Assembly (NCBI GenBank): GCA_047495785.1
Contig: JBLDXI010000001.1
Coordinates: 1,550,001-1,614,000 of the forward strand
Length of the DNA: 64,000 nucleotides
Direction of reading: 5' to 3'
Source of the DNA: Lepidodermella squamata
Lineage: Eukaryota > Animalia > Gastrotricha
Numbering within the stretch: position 1 is the first letter of the stretch; every line of letters begins with the position of its first letter. Positions 60,137 through 64,000 of the stretch are shown here, one piece after another. Both the position numbers and the translations under genes were made by a program. The notes under the pieces were generated by a model that was not told where the DNA came from, did not search any database, and saw only the letters and a program-made list of their open reading frames with translations.

Positions 60137-61111
60137 CGTGGCGCGTGCCAGATCTGGCGTCTCATTTTTTTCATGAGATGCAAAAAATAATACATCAATA
60201 AAATCTAAAGCTTTATTTACTACTGCTAGTTAAAATTTGTATGCATCGGCTAGTGTTGATGGTTAAACTTTCTTCGTCTTAATTCTTTCAGGTGATAGAG
60301 AAGGTGATGTTCTGACCATCATGAATGCTCATATTTTCCTCTTAACGAGCCGCGCCTTTAAAAAATTATCTTAACTATCAGGTTCATCTCCGTCATCATC
60401 ATCTTCTCCCTCAGCCGTTTCAGTTTTTTGTTTTGCAAGGCCCATTTTGAATTCGGCCATGGCCAGTTTTACAAACCGCTTTTTTGGAATCGGGTTTCCC
60501 CTTTTTCGCGTACATCGACTTGCCCATCGACTTGGGTCTTCAACAGCCGCGTGACAGTTTCTAAATTTTGTTTCGTAATCTTGCATGTCTAATTTAATAA
60601 CTGCCGTTGAAGCATAAAATGCAACAAATGCAACAAATGCAGTGAAAGCAACTAAAGCAGTTTCCATTACGACCTGGTAATCTGTTTGAAATAAGTTCCG
60701 CGTTTTGAAATGAAGGGGTAATGTCGCTTTCGCCAATTTGTGTAGCATCCGGGGCGCTATCGGCTAACCGTTATATACGTGAATTTCACATACCCGCAAG
60801 AATACGTCCAATGGCTAGTACAAACAGTTTTAACTGAATTGGATCAGAAAATTTGCTATTAAATCGCAGTTAAATGGTTATATTTTTTCCAGATATTAGG
60901 TTGACATTGTTGCGCGTTTGATCTTATTGCATGAATATTCAGGGCAACTCGTTGTCCCCAAAACTTTAGTAATGTACAAAGCTCGCAGGTGAAAATCCCG
61001 AAGCTAACGCTTTCGTTCCGAAGAATGTTCTTTATCTTGATTAAACAATACAAATTTTGGCGGAGCAATAATTGATATTATTCCAGCAATGAACAACAAT
61101 AGCTGTACTAT

Positions 61112-64000
61112 CCCAGGAGAATTAGGGCTTTTTTAATCGGCCAAGATCAGCCAAGATCAACAAAGACTATTATCTTTTATGATCTTGGTAAGTCTTGGAA
61201 AGATTCTTGTAGACGCTTTTTAAGCCAATCTAAGTAAATCTTGGAAGATATTAAACGAACTTGGAAGAAATACCTGAAAGCCGAGATATTTAGTTCTATA
61301 AAACAATCCGACGTTTTTCAACAATGTAGCTCACTTGAAAACGTTCTTAACGCCGCAAATTTGATTGCGTCCTGAAAACGCCCAAAAACGTTTAAGTCCT
61401 AAAAACCTGCAGCAAGTTATAATTAAATATAAATGTTTAGCATTCAATTTATTTTGAAAAATATTTATCAGTAACATTATTTTAATAATTATATATAAAT
61501 AAATAAATTGCAAGTATGAATGAATTTTTTGAAATTCGAAATTCCAACGGTCCACGTTGCGGTTTGCGGTGGCCTCCCTAATTCTCAACTCATACTCACT
61601 TCTGGTAACACGTAGCACTAGTTTTCCCGTAGCGATACATATCTCGCGTTATACATCATGTCGAAACTCGCTCTTAGAGCTCCATTAAAACCATCGTTAT
61701 CATTCATTACTTCTCAATTTTAGGTGAAATGGTTAGAACTAATAGGCTTGGTAGCGCAGCGCAGCCGACGTCTACCTCCGCTGTCTATAACCGTAGCGGC
61801 CGTCCAGCTGCTCCTAACTCGAATACGCAGGAACATGCGGCGACCAGCGGCGATGGTGCAAACTCGTTACCTCCGACAAGTCCAGCAGACTCATCTTCAA
61901 GTAATTACCAACAAGGTTTGCTTTTCTTCTACCCACGAGCGTGTTATTATACTACGTTATGTTTAGATTCTCTCCAAGCCAGTCAAAATTCTCCTCCACT
62001 GCTAGCTCATGATTCTTTCCTTGGCCAACAAGGTCGGTGGCACTGTTTTAATTTCGCTTATTTCTCATCTGCTCGTATTATTAATAGAACCAAGCGACAT
62101 TGCATCTCTTCCAGACATTGATAACCACGGCATAATCAATGATGGTGATGGGGGTGTTGACTATGACCATGCTGAAAGGGCTCCCAGTAACTCGTTCGAT
62201 GCCGATGATCATCTCATTGACCTTGGTATTTACTTTGTAAATGTCTTGTGTTGTTTATACATCGTAACTTTAGGAAATGGATCGGCTAATTTTGCTGAAG
62301 ATCTGGACGCCATCCATTTTGACATGGTTGAGTTTTTTGCAGAGCACCTATCACTGCTGACTGGCATGTCAACGGGGTGCAGAATTTTTCAGTCTTACTG
62401 TCGAAATTTCGGCGTTGATTCTGGATTTGTGAGCGATTTGCGCAAGATTCTGCGACGTGATGGCATCATCGTACCTGACTGTGCCGAGGAAGCTCGTCGA
62501 ATCGGCCGTTTGCTAAATTCGGAAGTGTTAACTCACTGCATCGAATGCAGCTGCGCAGCTGATGGTGACATTTGTCGAAATGGCGATTGCTGCTATCGGG
62601 GCGAAGATCACGCGAACAATTCGAAGAAAATTCGGATTGTTTACTGTCACGTCTCCCATCAATTGGGCATGGTCATTCGTCGAAATCGTCATCTTTTCGA
62701 CGAAAAAGATCAATCAATCTCAATCAATCTCAACACAGATGGGGCACCTCTGGCGCGTAAGAATCGCCTGGCAGTTTGGCCTGTTCTTGCCACAATCAAT
62801 ACAATTCCTACGCCGGCCCGCTTCAAGAAGCGTAACATGCTATTGCTCGGATTTTGGTCTGCAGTGAGAAAGCCGAAGGACGAGGTTGAATGGCGATTCT
62901 ACCTGGAGCCAATCTTGAAGGCGATTCGGTCTACCTATGTTTTGCGAATCGAAGAAGAGGTCACGGTCACTGTTAGGATGAACATCAATGTTATAATTGG
63001 CGATCTTCCTGCATTGGCCGCGATTCTCAATTTCATTGCACACAACGGGCACTGGGGCTGCTTATTCTGCTATCAAAAAGGCGAGAAACTTACCGAGGCT
63101 GAGCTGAAAAAGGTACTAGTTCGCAAGTATCTTGCTGTGCCAGCCGAGCAAAGGACAGCGGAGTCGTTTGCGGAAGATCGGCGGTTACGCCGCCATGGAT
63201 GCAAAGGAGATTGCTGTTTCGACGATGATGAGGATGTTGTTCTTCCAAATCAAGTCGGCATTGATTACGTTCATCAATCTATCGAGGTTAGTTTTTTCGC
63301 CTATTTCTTTATTAATTTCTTAATAATTTTAATTCCAGGGTGTTTACAAAAATTTCATCGTCCGCTGGCTTCCTCCAAACCCTATGTTAGGACTCGAAAG
63401 CCGCACCGTACTCGAAGATTCCATTGCTAGAATGCAACTGCCCGTTTGTATGGAGTCTCTGCGTCTGCCCCTGTTGAGTCATTTCGACAGTTCGTATCGT
63501 GCGAAGCATACGAAGGTGCTAGTTCTTATCCTCGGTCCGCCCGCTTTGTACCGACTACTCTCTGACGCAGTCTACTTCCATTACATCAGCTACACTCTCG
63601 CCATTCGACTGTTGCTGAGTCCAGCACTGCCTGATACTTTCGAAGAGCGCGGCGAATACGCCGATCTTGCCTATCGCCTCTTACGACTGTACCAGAGAGA
63701 GCTAGGGAGTCTTTACGGCCGAGACAGCGAAGTCCAAAATCCTCACCTCGCCATGCACTTACCGGATCGCGCGCAGCTATTTGGTCGACTCTCGGAATTT
63801 TCCACTTTCACATTTGAAGGAATGATCGCCCATTTGAAAAAGTGCTATCATGGGACACGCTATCAAATCGAGCAAATGGCCCGCTTTGCCGGGTTGAAAA
63901 TGTTGCTTGAAGAAAAGCCTCTTCCTTCGAATTCAAAGCTGTCGACAGCTAAAATTCCTCGCGAGATCCGCAAGCTGCTCGAAAACAACCCGGGCGGCGA
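61112..64000 (+). mobile_element. EnSpm/CACTA (CMC superfamily) DNA transposon, left portion
   Basis: Putative CCC terminus (cccaggaga) followed by ccaagat/tcttgg subterminal repeats, then the transposase gene. The left boundary is tentative. Confidence 0.6.
61729..64000 (+). CDS. EnSpm/CACTA-type transposase (Transposase_21/DUF4218-like), spliced, runs off the window
   Basis: Introns at 61916-61966, 62033-62087, 62226-62273, 63287-63338. Motifs NTDGAP...VWP, GDLPA...HNGHWGCLFC, IDYVH, YG...NPHLAMHL...GRLSEFSTFTFE. Open to the end of the window. Confidence 0.88.

Overview
Eukaryotic DNA from a compact-genome invertebrate animal: most introns are about 50-65 bp and GT-AG, there is a motile-cilia gene, and TTAGGG repeats occur. 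The taxon cannot be fixed from this window. The left half holds conserved genes that I assembled by hand across introns: CFAP47 (with an RFX X-box upstream), ONECUT, CPSF6, an intronless WDR83, a ZC3H11A-like gene, two tandem GOPC/PIST paralogues and a class A GPCR. The right half (37-60 kb) is a divergent, largely secretory block. It contains six Ly6/three-finger genes with extra cysteine-bearing inserts, two TMEM144 copies, two signal-peptide + 4x sushi + ankyrin genes, a spliced knottin-like prepropeptide missed by the ORF track, and two divergent double-homeobox genes. Mobile DNA includes a TIR element carrying telomeric repeats, a 1.3-kb TGT...ACA inverted-repeat element carrying an intact Ty3/gypsy gag, a foldback element, Tc1/mariner-like MITEs, and an intron-containing EnSpm/CACTA-type transposase running off the right end. 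The most interesting leads are the apparently secreted sushi-ankyrin proteins, the 12-Cys insert-bearing Ly6 family, the TIR-flanked gag element, and WDR83 apparently nested in the first intron of ZC3H11A. All gene models are manual predictions; no database searches were run.
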